Assembly: GCA_963975465.1 (NCBI GenBank)
Contig: CAXBHB010000011.1
Location: forward strand, 28,126-92,125
From: an uncultured Chromatiaceae bacterium
GTDB lineage: Bacteria > Pseudomonadota > Gammaproteobacteria > Enterobacterales > Alteromonadaceae
Reading direction: 5' to 3'
DNA: 64,000 bases
The notes below the pieces were generated by a model, which did no database searches, had not been told where the DNA came from, and saw nothing but the letters and a program-made list of their open reading frames with translations. Both the position numbers and the translations under genes were made by a program. Every line of letters begins with the position of its first letter. The first letter of the stretch is position 1. Below, in pieces: positions 10,238 to 20,850 of the stretch.

Positions 10238-11401
10238 CTAGAAATCGTACTTGGCACTAAATTGCAGACGGTGCATATCGCCATCCAGACCCGACTCCAC
10301 TTCACGGTTAGCAAACTTATATTCAACACCAAACATTAACTTTTTCGCGGCTTGAAAAAGCAGGTTTGTGGTCCAGCTACTGGTCGTTTTGGTCGCACTG
10401 ACTCCAGTTAATACCGTGTCGTTATCGACACTTAACATGGAGTACACCAAATTACTACGCCACTGACTATTCCAGTTATGCCGGTATGCCACCGAAAACG
10501 CCGTAGAATCGATAGTATCAAGTTCATTGGTCGCATCTAATACTGCGCCGTTAACTGCATTTAAACCAATATAGCGCCCCAAACCAGAGCCCGTGGTCGC
10601 ACTCAACCGGATATCGTTGTTATTGGCCAGCATGATTTTTGCGGTAGCGCTTAACCCAAACGCGGAGGTAGTGGTATCAATAGTTGCAGTTTCATAGGCC
10701 AGTTGCCGCACCAGTGCAGACACCGACCAGGTACCCCAACCTGTCTTCTGACCGTATTTAAATACCAAATCAGGAGTGGCATTGTCATCCGTGACGATGC
10801 GTCCACCGCCGCCAAAAGGCGTGATGGTGGTTTCGGGGTTTTCAATGGCAACCTGAAAGTTACCGCTGGTGTAGCGAATTTGCGCCTGACGGGCAAATGG
10901 CATGGCATCGGTGTTACCAATAAAGTCCAGCGTGTCTGGCAACGCATTCAGGTCCATAAATGTCGACCACGCCTGGCCAAACAGCCAACCATCATAAGTA
11001 ATAAATGCCTGACGTAGCCGTGGCGAGTAACTGTTAGTTATGCGTTCATCACCGCCGGCGGTTACCATAAAATCCAGTTCGATATGACCACCAATGGTTT
11101 TGCCATTTTCCAGCTTGGTACTGGTTTTAAAGAAAAAACGTGACTGACGGGCATGAAAGTCAAATGTACCACCTTCATCTGCCCCACCGACGGGTGTCAG
11201 ACTGGGAATATAGAAATCACGACCAATGCCTGTCGCAATCTGGCCATCTGAGCTATCGGTATACATGGCGTCCAGTTTTACGTAGCCACCAAAAGTAACA
11301 TCAGTGTCACCAATATTAAAACCGTTAGCCTGGGCGGCTGTGGCAGTTAACGCCATTGCTATTGCGCCCGCCAGGGTATTTAGCGTCTTACTCTGTCTCA
11401 T
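10238..11401 (-). CDS. outer-membrane beta-barrel porin (family not resolved; DcaP-like is a guess)
   Basis: 387 aa. It has a signal peptide ending ATAAQA|NG, an alternating beta-strand pattern and a C-terminal aromatic residue (...SAKYDF). Confidence 0.7.
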   Translation of the reverse strand: MRQSKTLNTLAGAIAMALTATAAQANGFNIGDTDVTFGGYVKLDAMYTDSSDGQIATGIGRDFYIPSLTPVGGADEGGTFDFHARQSRFFFKTSTKLENGKTIGGHIELDFMVTAGGDERITNSYSPRLRQAFITYDGWLFGQAWSTFMDLNALPDTLDFIGNTDAMPFARQAQIRYTSGNFQVAIENPETTITPFGGGGRIVTDDNATPDLVFKYGQKTGWGTWSVSALVRQLAYETATIDTTTSAFGLSATAKIMLANNNDIRLSATTGSGLGRYIGLNAVNGAVLDATNELDTIDSTAFSVAYRHNWNSQWRSNLVYSMLSVDNDTVLTGVSATKTTSSWTTNLLFQAAKKLMFGVEYKFANREVESGLDGDMHRLQFSAKYDF

Positions 11402-11658
11402 CTGAAGTTCTCCATCTTTATTATTGTAATAACATCTGGTCTGCTTTTTTAAAAAATGTACGATCAGCTATAGTGGTTACAACATGATTGAGGACAACTT
11501 TGGTCGACAGACTTTAACTTCGCAATTAGCCTTTAGTCGCAGTTAGCGCTATCGTGCAGGCTTGGCTAGACTATGGTCTAATTTCAATTTAAGCCTTAAT
11601 TCGATAGAAAGTAACCAGACTAATTTTTAATAATAAATACTGATCCACAGGGGAAACT

Positions 11659-13614
11659 ATGTCACATCCAAGCCTTTATCCGGTAACAGCAAAGGCCAAA
11701 GCCAAAACACTTATAACAGATGATGTTTATCAGCAAATGTATCGTCAGTCTGTTGAACAGCCGGAACAATTCTGGGCTGAACAAGGTAAACGTCTCGATT
11801 GGATTACTCCCTACAGCAAAATTAAAGACACCAGCTTTGAGCTGGGTAAAGTTCACGTAAACTGGTATAGCGATGGCACACTTAACGCCAGCTACAACTG
11901 TCTTGACCGCCATCTGGCCAAACGCGCTGACCAGGTTGCTTTTTTCTGGGAGGGCGATGAACCTGGCGTACAAAAAACCGTGACCTATCAACAGCTATAT
12001 GATCAGGTATGTCAGCTGGCTAACGGTATGAAATCGTTGGGTATCAAAAAAGGTGATCGGGTCACCATTTATCTGCCGATGATCCCTGAAGCCGCGGTTG
12101 CTTTGCTGGCGTGCGCCCGGATTGGTGCAGTGCATTCAGTGGTGTTCGCCGGCTTCTCACCTGATGCTCTGGGTAATAGGATTGTCGATTGTGATTCAAA
12201 ACTGGTCATCACCTCAGATCAGGCACTTCGGGGTAACAGAGCTACCCATTTAAAAGATAATACCGATGCTGCGCTGGGCCATCTGGGAGAAAACAGCCCG
12301 GTAAAAAATGTCATCGTGGTAAAACATGTTGGTAAAAACATTGATTTTCATCCGGACCGCGACGTTTGGTACCATGAACTGGTAAACAAGCAGAGCACTG
12401 ATTGCCCGCCGGAGCCAATGAATGCCGAAGACCCGTTGTTTATTCTGTATACCTCTGGTTCTACCGGTAAACCAAAGGGCGTATTACATACCACCGGCGG
12501 TTATCTGGTCTATGCCGCGATGACCCACCAATATGTGTTTGATTATCAGGATGGAGACATTTATTGGTGCGCGGCAGACGTCGGCTGGGTAACCGGTCAC
12601 AGCTATATTATTTATGGCCCGCTGGCCAATGGTGCCAGCAGTGTGATGTTCGAAGGAGTACCAACCTACCCCAGCGTCAAACGCATTGCGCAGATTGTTG
12701 ATAAGTATCAGGTCAATATTCTGTATACCGCACCAACTGCCATCCGGGCTCTGATGGCCCATGGCGATGCGCCGGTTGAGGGCGCCAGCCTGAGCTCACT
12801 ACAAACCCTGGGTAGCGTTGGCGAGCCAATTAACCCGGAAGCATGGAATTGGTATTACGAAAAAATCGGGAGTAGTCAATGCCCTATAGTCGATACCTGG
12901 TGGCAAACTGAGACCGGCGGTATTTTAATTACCCCCCTGCCGGGCGCTACCGCATTAAAACCCGGCTCTGCAACCCGGCCATTTTTCGGTGTTAAACCGG
13001 CTATTGTTGACAATGAGGGTAAGCAACTGGATGGGGTAGCCGAGGGCAATCTGGTTATCCTCGACAGCTGGCCGGGACAAATGCGTACCTTGTATGGTGA
13101 TCATGAACGCTTTGAGCAAACCTACTTCAGTACCTATTCCGGCTTATATTTTACCGGTGATGGTGCAAAACGCGATGAGGATGGATATTACTGGCTAACG
13201 GGCCGGGTAGATGATGTGCTGAATATTTCCGGCCACCGGTTGGGCACGGCAGAGATAGAGAGTTGTCTGGTCGCACATGACGCTATTGCCGAAGCTGCTG
13301 TAGTCGGCTACCCACACGACATCAAAGGCCAGGGTATTTATGTCTATGTGACGCCACGGATTGGGGTTGAGCCCAGTGAGGAACTGACTAAAGCCATCCG
13401 GGCCTGGGTACGGGAAGAGATTTCCCCTATCGCCTCGCCGGATCTGGTGCAATGGGCGCCAGCCGGTTTACCGAAAACCCGCTCTGGCAAAATTATGCGG
13501 CGTATTTTACGTAAAATTGCAGCTAATGAGCACGACCAACTGGGCGATATTTCTACCCTGGCTGATCCGTCAGTAGTTGAAATTTTAGTAAATAACCGTT
13601 TAAATCGTAAGTAA
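11659..13614 (+). CDS. acs: acetyl-CoA synthetase
   Basis: 651 aa. It has the AMP-binding signature [19 protein letters not shown], and the catalytic/acetylated Lys context [17 protein letters not shown]. Confidence 0.97.
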   Translation: MSHPSLYPVTAKAKAKTLITDDVYQQMYRQSVEQPEQFWAEQGKRLDWITPYSKIKDTSFELGKVHVNWYSDGTLNASYNCLDRHLAKRADQVAFFWEGDEPGVQKTVTYQQLYDQVCQLANGMKSLGIKKGDRVTIYLPMIPEAAVALLACARIGAVHSVVFAGFSPDALGNRIVDCDSKLVITSDQALRGNRATHLKDNTDAALGHLGENSPVKNVIVVKHVGKNIDFHPDRDVWYHELVNKQSTDCPPEPMNAEDPLFILYTSGSTGKPKGVLHTTGGYLVYAAMTHQYVFDYQDGDIYWCAADVGWVTGHSYIIYGPLANGASSVMFEGVPTYPSVKRIAQIVDKYQVNILYTAPTAIRALMAHGDAPVEGASLSSLQTLGSVGEPINPEAWNWYYEKIGSSQCPIVDTWWQTETGGILITPLPGATALKPGSATRPFFGVKPAIVDNEGKQLDGVAEGNLVILDSWPGQMRTLYGDHERFEQTYFSTYSGLYFTGDGAKRDEDGYYWLTGRVDDVLNISGHRLGTAEIESCLVAHDAIAEAAVVGYPHDIKGQGIYVYVTPRIGVEPSEELTKAIRAWVREEISPIASPDLVQWAPAGLPKTRSGKIMRRILRKIAANEHDQLGDISTLADPSVVEILVNNRLNRK

Positions 13615-13654
13615 GGCAAAAACGGCGTACACTGACGTCGTTTCCAGTTGCAGC

Positions 13655-13684
13655 AAAAAAGGCCGCTATTGCGGCCTTTATAAT
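13655..13684 (+). terminator. rho-independent terminator after acs
   Basis: aaaaaa-ggccgc-tatt-gcggcc-tttat. Confidence 0.7.
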
Positions 13685-13717
13685 AATTACAATCCTGGAC
13701 CTTACCGGAGAATACTT

Positions 13718-14392
13718 ATGGCAAAGCTTATCGTTGCTGACGACCATCCTCTGTTTCGTAACGCACTGATTAATGCAATTAGCGGTACCTTTGTCACCAA
13801 AGCGACCATTGAAACAGACAGTTTCGATACCACCTGCACAGCACTGGAGCAGCACCCCGATACAGACTTGTTATTACTGGATTTACATATGCCGGGTAAC
13901 TGCGGTTTTCTTGGGTTAATTCAGCTGCGTAAAAACTACCCCAGCCTGCCCATCGTGGTCATTTCTGCCAGTGAAGATTTAGACGTTATTCGCCGGGTCA
14001 TTGCCTTTGGTGCCTCGGCTTATATTCCAAAGTCGGCCAACCCTATCGATATCAGCAATGCGCTGAATGCGGTATTAGCCGGTGAATTATGGGTACCTGC
14101 TAATTTGCAACACGCCGTTTTTCAACAACAAAACGCCGGCGAAGATTTAGATTTAGCGGCAAAAGTTGCGCAGCTCACCCACCAGCAATATAAAGTGTTG
14201 TACTACTTAACAGAAGGGTGGCTCAACAAACAAATTGCCTATGATTTACATATCTCAGAGGCTACCGTCAAAGCTCATATTACCGCAATTTTCCGTAAAC
14301 TCGGCTGTACCAACCGGACACAAGTGGTCATACAGGCGCAACGTCTGACATTGGAACCCCCGGTAGATCGGGCCATGGCACAACAGCACTGA
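13718..14392 (+). CDS. crbR: LuxR/NarL-family response regulator (CrbR-type acetate-switch regulator)
   Basis: 224 aa. It has a REC domain (VADDHPLF...LLLLDLHMPG...IPKS) and a C-terminal LuxR helix-turn-helix (LTHQQYKVLYYLTEGWLNKQIAYDLHISEATVKAHITAIFRKLG). It lies between acs and the SLC5-fused kinase. Confidence 0.75.
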   Translation: MAKLIVADDHPLFRNALINAISGTFVTKATIETDSFDTTCTALEQHPDTDLLLLDLHMPGNCGFLGLIQLRKNYPSLPIVVISASEDLDVIRRVIAFGASAYIPKSANPIDISNALNAVLAGELWVPANLQHAVFQQQNAGEDLDLAAKVAQLTHQQYKVLYYLTEGWLNKQIAYDLHISEATVKAHITAIFRKLGCTNRTQVVIQAQRLTLEPPVDRAMAQQH

Positions 14393-14430
14393 CCAACAGT
14401 GCCCATTACATTTAATGCCTGGCCGGCTTG

Positions 14431-17400
14431 CTAAGATAACTGTTGGCTACGCTTTAACATTTTAAAATGATTCAGACTGGCCCGCAGTGCACCGGGTTTA
14501 ATGGGTTTAGCCAGATACATTAAGCCGACGGCTTTAGCCTTTGCAGCCAGATCTGCCTGAGGTGAGGCCGATACCAGAATACCGCCAACACTACCCCAGT
14601 GCGCCTGAATTTGCTGATATAAATCCAGGCCGTTACTGTGCTGTCCCAACTGATAATCAATTAACATCACATCTGGTGCCGGCGCCGTCCGGGCGTACTC
14701 CAGCAGCTCTGTTTCGTCATAAAAGCACATAACATCTGCAATTTGCCATTGCTCTAACAATACCTTAAGTGCCGCCAGGTTTGCCGCATCATCATCAATG
14801 CAAACCACCGTTAAACCCGGCAGTGGCCGTTGATTATGTTGCGCAGGTAAGGGCAAAGCCAGACGGCTCTTATCATGTGCTAACGGCAGACTGATACTGA
14901 ATAGTGTGCCTTTGCCAGGCCAGGAACGTACGTTAAGCTGATGGCCAAGTAACTTTGCCATCCGGTGCACCACACCAAGACCCAGACCCACCCCCTGCTG
15001 GCCTTTGGCCGTGGCGTCTATCCGGTAAAAATCTTCAAAAATCCGTTCTAAATCGTGCGCCGCAATCCCAGGCCCGGTATCCCACACCTGAACAATCAGC
15101 TGCTCATCACGCTTCCGACAACCAAGCAAAATCCGCCCTTTCAGGGTGTATTTGATCGCATTAGACAGCATGTTCTGTAATATTCTGCGTAAATACATCG
15201 GGTCGGTCTGAATAGCATAAGCTGCCATTCGAACCGTTAACCGCAAGCCTTTTTGGCTAGCCACCAAACTGTACTCATCCGCAAGTTGTGATAACAGCTC
15301 TTGCAACGCAACGGTTTGCACGTCGGGCTTTAGCTTGCCATCATCCAGCTTAGCAATTTCAAGTAAGGTTGAAATGAGCTCTTCCGATGCTTTCAGAGAG
15401 TTATCTAACTGGCCAAGAATCGCTTTTTGCTGCACTTTCTCCTGTACGCCATTTAACGCCGCGGTAAACAGCCTGGCAGCGTTTAGCGGTTGTAAAATAT
15501 CATGGCTGGCTAATGCCAGAAACCGGGTTTTAGACGCGTTGGCGGCCTCGGCTTCAGCTTTGGCTTGCAATAATTGTTGCTCTGTTTCACGCCGCCGCCC
15601 GACTTCTCCCAACAGTTCATGGTTTATATCTGAAATGGTCTGAGTGCGCTCCTGCACCCGATCCTCCAAATGCTGTTTGGCCTCGGCCAGAGCCTGCACC
15701 GCTTTAACATGCTCTGAAATATCCGTAAAGCTGGTAACAAAACCGCCACCTGGAATGGGATTGCCCCGCATCTCAATCACTCTGCCGTCAGGCCTGACCC
15801 GCTGGAAGACATGGGCAGTCCCTTTTTCCATATGAGCAATACGCTTTTCGACATGCTCTTCTGCTTCGCCCGGCCCACATAAACCACGTTCTGCATTTAG
15901 CCGCACAATATCGGCTACCGGCCGGCCAACCCGCACCATCCCCTCAGGGTAGTTAAACATTTCAAGATAGGCTTTATTCCAGGCAACCAGTTTTAACTCG
16001 CGGTCAACCACACTCACCCCCTGGCTTAAATGCTCCAGGGTTGAGAACAATATTTTACGTGAAAACTGAATGGCCTGAGTGGTATCGTCGAACAACGTTA
16101 CAACATCCTCGAAACCGAGTTGCCGCCCCTCCAGTACCGCATTGACCATGGCAGACGCCGATGAGGCCCCGATAACACCCGCCAACTCACGCTCGACATG
16201 CTCGACTAAACCAACACTGGGTAAATCGTCCAGCTGTAAGCTAAGGTTTTGCTTGCGGCCAAATTCCAGTAAACATTCGGTGGCCCGGGCTGCACCGACA
16301 AAGCGTTCCAGTAATATTTTTAAATCAGCATTACGGATACGGATACGCCGGGCCGGTGTATCCTGATGATCAATAGGTAAATTTGGTTTAACAAAGGCAA
16401 CCGCCTGCAGCCGGTCCTGTAAATTGACGGTGGTCACTAACGAGACCGCTGCATACGCCACAATATTAAAGCCCAGAGACAGCAACACACCATGGCTTAA
16501 CGTATCGAGGTTAATACCAAACATTGCGGTAGGTGACAGCCATGCCAGACCGAACAAACCCTGCTGCATAATGTCACTGTTAATTACGCCGGCATTGACC
16601 AGCTGCGGCAACATCAGGGTGTAGAACCAGAGTACAAGCCCGAGACTCAGACCGGCATATACACCCCAGGCATTACCCCTGCGCCAATACAAACCACCCA
16701 GTACTGCCGGTGCCAGCTGGATAGCCAGCGCAAACGCCAGCAAACCAGTTTCAGCCAGTTCATAATTTCGGGAAAACACTAGGTAGTATAAATATGACAG
16801 GCCCATAACCAGTAAAATCATTGCCCGGCGTACAAATAGGATCAGTGTGCTGTAATCCTGCGGCATGCCCTTACGCCGCTGATTGTTTAACAAGCTTGGC
16901 ATCACCACGTCGTTACTGATCATGGTACTCAGCGCTAATGTTGCGATGATGATCATTGAGGTGGCGGCCGAGAAACCGCCAATAAATACCATGGCACTTA
17001 AGCTGTTCCAGCCTGATTGCGCCGGGATCAACAGCACAAAACTATCGGCCTGCGATAACATCGTCGGGAACAACTGCATACCTGCCACGGCAATCGGCAC
17101 CACCACCAGTGTCACCAGCAATAAATAGCCGGAAAACCAGCGCCGGGCATGCCGTAAATGATGATGCGAGACATTTTCAACAAAGGCTACGTGGAACTGG
17201 CGCGGCAGTAAAAACACCGCCGCCATGGCCAGTATGGTTTTGGTAAAAAACTCTATCAGCCCTGAGGTACGAAACTGCGCCTGTTGTTTACTGGCGTGAG
17301 CGGCAAAGCTTTGCAGTACATGCTGATCTTTATCCAGAATAAAAACATAGACGGCGATGGCCAGGGTTAACAATGCAAACAGCTTAACCACTGACTCAAA

Positions 17401-17985
17401 GGCGATGGCGACCATCACCCCACGGTTCTGCTCAGTTAAGTGCAACTTTCGGGTACCAAACAAAATCGCAAAAAATGCCATGGCAATGGCGCTTAGCAGC
17501 GCGCTATCCTGATACCAATGTGCGGCATTATCTGAAAAATCACCGCCCAGCAGTACCTGATAAGAACTGGCAACGGCTTTAAGCTGCAGCGAAATATAAG
17601 GTACAACCACAATCAAACAGATAATGGCTGCCAACATTGCAATATTTTTACGTTTGCCATAGCGGGCAGCAATGAAGTCAGCGACAGAGGTCACGTTTTG
17701 CTTTTTAGACACATACAACAATTTAAACAGAAAGGGCTGCGCAAAAATAAACAGTAATACCGGCCCCAGATAAATAGGAATGTAGTCCCAGCCACGGGTT
17801 ATAGCGGTGCCGACCGCACCGTAGTATGTCCATGAAGTACAATATACCGCCAGAGCCAGACTATATATTAACCCCCCATACTTTCGTATAAGCCGGTCAT
17901 CAGCATGGCGCTCACCCCAGTTAGCAATCCAGAACAAGCCACCTACATACAACAGTGCCAATAAGGCGACAGTCCATGCCGTCAC
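14431..17985 (-). CDS. crbS: hybrid sensor histidine kinase with an N-terminal sodium/solute-symporter (SLC5) domain, CrbS/CbrA type
   Basis: A multi-TM SSS-like N-terminal half is followed by PAS, HisKA (LALASHDILQPLN), HATPase (GxGLGL) and a C-terminal REC domain. The start is set at GTG 17983-17985, preceded by GAGGAG. The ORF-track TTG at 18027 adds an unsupported 14 aa. Confidence 0.85.
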   Translation of the reverse strand: MTAWTVALLALLYVGGLFWIANWGERHADDRLIRKYGGLIYSLALAVYCTSWTYYGAVGTAITRGWDYIPIYLGPVLLFIFAQPFLFKLLYVSKKQNVTSVADFIAARYGKRKNIAMLAAIICLIVVVPYISLQLKAVASSYQVLLGGDFSDNAAHWYQDSALLSAIAMAFFAILFGTRKLHLTEQNRGVMVAIAFESVVKLFALLTLAIAVYVFILDKDQHVLQSFAAHASKQQAQFRTSGLIEFFTKTILAMAAVFLLPRQFHVAFVENVSHHHLRHARRWFSGYLLLVTLVVVPIAVAGMQLFPTMLSQADSFVLLIPAQSGWNSLSAMVFIGGFSAATSMIIIATLALSTMISNDVVMPSLLNNQRRKGMPQDYSTLILFVRRAMILLVMGLSYLYYLVFSRNYELAETGLLAFALAIQLAPAVLGGLYWRRGNAWGVYAGLSLGLVLWFYTLMLPQLVNAGVINSDIMQQGLFGLAWLSPTAMFGINLDTLSHGVLLSLGFNIVAYAAVSLVTTVNLQDRLQAVAFVKPNLPIDHQDTPARRIRIRNADLKILLERFVGAARATECLLEFGRKQNLSLQLDDLPSVGLVEHVERELAGVIGASSASAMVNAVLEGRQLGFEDVVTLFDDTTQAIQFSRKILFSTLEHLSQGVSVVDRELKLVAWNKAYLEMFNYPEGMVRVGRPVADIVRLNAERGLCGPGEAEEHVEKRIAHMEKGTAHVFQRVRPDGRVIEMRGNPIPGGGFVTSFTDISEHVKAVQALAEAKQHLEDRVQERTQTISDINHELLGEVGRRRETEQQLLQAKAEAEAANASKTRFLALASHDILQPLNAARLFTAALNGVQEKVQQKAILGQLDNSLKASEELISTLLEIAKLDDGKLKPDVQTVALQELLSQLADEYSLVASQKGLRLTVRMAAYAIQTDPMYLRRILQNMLSNAIKYTLKGRILLGCRKRDEQLIVQVWDTGPGIAAHDLERIFEDFYRIDATAKGQQGVGLGLGVVHRMAKLLGHQLNVRSWPGKGTLFSISLPLAHDKSRLALPLPAQHNQRPLPGLTVVCIDDDAANLAALKVLLEQWQIADVMCFYDETELLEYARTAPAPDVMLIDYQLGQHSNGLDLYQQIQAHWGSVGGILVSASPQADLAAKAKAVGLMYLAKPIKPGALRASLNHFKMLKRSQQLS

Positions 17986-18138
17986 AGTATTCTCCTCAGA
18001 ATTCAGTCTCGCTACTTTGGGCCGCAAGCACCCTTGCTGTCAATCTCTGGCTGCGCGGCTTCGACTAAAGTCGGGCTGGCGCAGTAGTTAAGTGCTGCTA
18101 GATTAACAAGGCTCGATAAAAATAACTAAAGGAGAAAT

Positions 18139-18405
18139 ATGATGGCGGACCATACAAGTAACGCTAAGGCATACTGGCAGGCGAATCTTCGTCTGATCAT
18201 TATTAGCCTGGCAATATGGGCGTTGGTGTCCTACGGCTTTGGCATATTGCTGCGGCCAATGTTAGCTGGCATTCCGGTGGGTGGCACAGACCTGGGTTTC
18301 TGGTTTGCGCAGCAAGGTTCTATTTTAACCTTTATCGCTTTGATCTTCTTCTATGCCTGGAGAATGAACAAGCTCGATAAAGAATTCGGCGTGGACGAGG
18401 AGTAA
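18139..18405 (+). CDS. DUF4212 small membrane protein (solute-symporter accessory subunit)
   Basis: 88 aa with two TM segments. It lies immediately upstream (5 nt) of the SSS permease, which is the typical DUF4212 arrangement. AAGGAG is present upstream. Confidence 0.8.
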   Translation: MMADHTSNAKAYWQANLRLIIISLAIWALVSYGFGILLRPMLAGIPVGGTDLGFWFAQQGSILTFIALIFFYAWRMNKLDKEFGVDEE

Positions 18406-18410
18406 GCAGG

Positions 18411-20192
18411 ATGAGTCAATTTGCAATAAACCTGATATTTGTCGGCGGCTCCTTCGCCCTCTATATCGCAATCGCAATCTGGGCCCGTGCCGGCACCACA
18501 AAAGAGTTTTATGTGGCTGGCGGCGGGGTAAACCCGGTAATGAATGGTATGGCTACCGCCGCAGACTGGATGTCAGCGGCGTCATTTATTTCAATGGCCG
18601 GCTTAATAGCCGCAGGTGGTTACGCTAATTCAACGTTTTTAATGGGCTGGACCGGTGGTTATGTGCTGCTGGCCATGCTGCTGGCACCCTACTTACGTAA
18701 GTTCGGTAAGTTTACGGTACCAGACTTTATTGGTGACCGCTTTTACAGCACGGGTGCAAGACTCGTTGCTGTTGCCTGTTTAATTATTGCTTCAGTTACC
18801 TATGTTATCGGCCAGATGACCGGTGCTGGTGTTGCCTTCTCGCGCTTTTTAGAAGTCAGCAGCGACATGGGCCTGATTATTGCGGCCGTTATCGTGTTTT
18901 TATACGCGGTTATGGGTGGGATGAAAGGTATTACTTATACTCAGGTCGCGCAATATGTTGTGCTGATTATCGCCTACACCATTCCGGCAGTGTTTATTTC
19001 ATTGCAGCTTACCGATAACTTCCTGCCCCCACTGGGCTTGTTCTCTGAACATACTGAGTCTGGCATGCCGTTGCTGGCCAAACTGGATGAAGTGGTCCGT
19101 GAACTGGGATTCCGTGATTACACCGCAGATGTCGACAACAAACTGAACATGGTATTGTTTACGCTGTCGCTGATGATCGGTACTGCAGGTCTGCCACACG
19201 TTATTATTCGCTTCTTCACGGTACCTAAAGTTGCCGATGCCCGCTGGTCAGCTGGTTGGGCTCTGGTATTTATCGCACTGTTGTATTTAACCGCCCCTGC
19301 CGTTGCGTCAATGGCACGTTTAAACCTGATGAACACCATTTATCCTGCCGGCCCCACTGCTGATTCTATTCAGTACGCAGAACGGCCAGACTGGATGAAA
19401 ACCTGGGAAACTACCGGCTTAATCAAGTTTGACGATAAAAATGGTGATGGTCGTATTCAGGTATACAGCGACACTCCTGCCTTTGCCGCAACAGCAACTG
19501 AACGTGGCTGGAATGGCAATGAGCTGGTGGTGAATAACGACATTCTGGTGCTGGCTAACCCTGAAATAGCAAATTTACCAGGCTGGGTTATCGGCTTAAT
19601 TGCTGCCGGTGGTTTAGCCGCGGCATTGTCAACCGCTGCAGGTTTATTACTGGCCATCTCGTCAGCAATCAGCCACGACTTAATAAAAGGATCTATTAAG
19701 CCGGATATCAGCGAAAAAGGCGAGCTGATGGCGGCGCGGATCTCAATGGGGGTTGCCATAGTCGTGGCTACCTGGTTAGGTATGAATCCACCCGGCTTCG
19801 CGGCACAAACGGTGGCTCTGGCGTTTGGTATCGCTGCAGCGTCTATTTTCCCGGCGCTGATGATGGGTATATTCTCCAAGCGGGTCAATAATGTCGGTGC
19901 TATTGCCGGTATGCTGGCGGGTTTAATCTCGACCTGTGTTTATATCTTCCTGTACCTTGGTTGGTTCTTTATTCCAGGCACCGCGACCTTTGAGAATATC
20001 CCTCAGAACTGGTTGTTTGGTGGCACGGGCTACGGTATTTCACCACTGTCATTTGGTGCAGTTGGCGCGATGATTAACTTTGCGGTAGCCTTTGCCGTAT
20101 CGTCTGTCACCACACCACCACCTGCGCGGATCCAGGAACTGGTAGAAAGCGTTCGCTTCCCACGCGGTGCGGGTCAGGCCGTAGACCACTAA
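18411..20192 (+). CDS. sodium:solute symporter (ActP-related putative acetate/monocarboxylate permease)
   Basis: 593 aa, polytopic, SSS family. It is paired with DUF4212 and adjacent to acs/crbSR. Confidence 0.85.
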   Translation: MSQFAINLIFVGGSFALYIAIAIWARAGTTKEFYVAGGGVNPVMNGMATAADWMSAASFISMAGLIAAGGYANSTFLMGWTGGYVLLAMLLAPYLRKFGKFTVPDFIGDRFYSTGARLVAVACLIIASVTYVIGQMTGAGVAFSRFLEVSSDMGLIIAAVIVFLYAVMGGMKGITYTQVAQYVVLIIAYTIPAVFISLQLTDNFLPPLGLFSEHTESGMPLLAKLDEVVRELGFRDYTADVDNKLNMVLFTLSLMIGTAGLPHVIIRFFTVPKVADARWSAGWALVFIALLYLTAPAVASMARLNLMNTIYPAGPTADSIQYAERPDWMKTWETTGLIKFDDKNGDGRIQVYSDTPAFAATATERGWNGNELVVNNDILVLANPEIANLPGWVIGLIAAGGLAAALSTAAGLLLAISSAISHDLIKGSIKPDISEKGELMAARISMGVAIVVATWLGMNPPGFAAQTVALAFGIAAASIFPALMMGIFSKRVNNVGAIAGMLAGLISTCVYIFLYLGWFFIPGTATFENIPQNWLFGGTGYGISPLSFGAVGAMINFAVAFAVSSVTTPPPARIQELVESVRFPRGAGQAVDH

Positions 20193-20237
20193 ACTAACAC
20201 TACGTTATAGTGTTACTGACACGATGTTGAACTGGTA

Positions 20238-20267
20238 GCGGGCTTTCAACTGAAAGCCCGCTTTTTT
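20238..20267 (+). terminator. rho-independent terminator after the symporter
   Basis: gcgggctttca-ac-tgaaagcccgc followed by tttttt. Confidence 0.8.
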
Positions 20268-20295
20268 AACGCAAAGCAATAAGCAGGAAAACCCT

Positions 20296-20823
20296 ATGTT
20301 GTGGGAATTAATTGCAACGATAGTTGCCGGTTTAGGTGCTGCAGGCATTGCCCTGGCGATTCGTTTTATCAGTAGAAAAAAAGCGCCGCGCTGGCTGATC
20401 CCTGCCTTTGCCGGGCTGGGTATGTTAGGTTTTCAGATACAAAGTGAGTACAGTTGGTATCAACATCAGTCCGGGTTACTGCCTGAAGGCGTAGTGGTAG
20501 TAAGAACTGTACAGCAACAGGCTGTATGGCGGCCGTGGAGTTACCTTTACCCGCAAACTCTGCGTTTTATCGCTGCAGATATTGCCAACGCCGCGCCGAA
20601 CCAACGTAATAATGCAGTCTGGCTGGTCGATTTATACTTCTTTGAACGCCGGCTTGCGGCAAAAAAAGTACCACAGGTCGTACATTGTCAGCAGCAAGCG
20701 AGGACTGATTTTACCGCAAAACTGACCATTCCGGCCCCGGGCGAAGCCTTAAATGCGGCCTGGCATAAGCTGGATAACAATGACCCGTTACTGTTGGCGT
20801 TATGTCAACGTCAGGCAGTGTAA
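20296..20823 (+). CDS. hypothetical membrane-anchored protein
   Basis: 175 aa with two N-terminal hydrophobic segments. I do not recognise any motif. Its position between the symporter and the DUF294 gene suggests co-transcription. Confidence 0.55.
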   Translation: MLWELIATIVAGLGAAGIALAIRFISRKKAPRWLIPAFAGLGMLGFQIQSEYSWYQHQSGLLPEGVVVVRTVQQQAVWRPWSYLYPQTLRFIAADIANAAPNQRNNAVWLVDLYFFERRLAAKKVPQVVHCQQQARTDFTAKLTIPAPGEALNAAWHKLDNNDPLLLALCQRQAV

Positions 20824-20850
20824 CGTAACTCCTGGATGCACTGAGCCCTT

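Noticed and set aside
19457-19888. A 143-aa minus-strand ORF inside the SSS permease gene.
   Set aside because: It is antisense to a well-supported transporter gene and has no independent signals.
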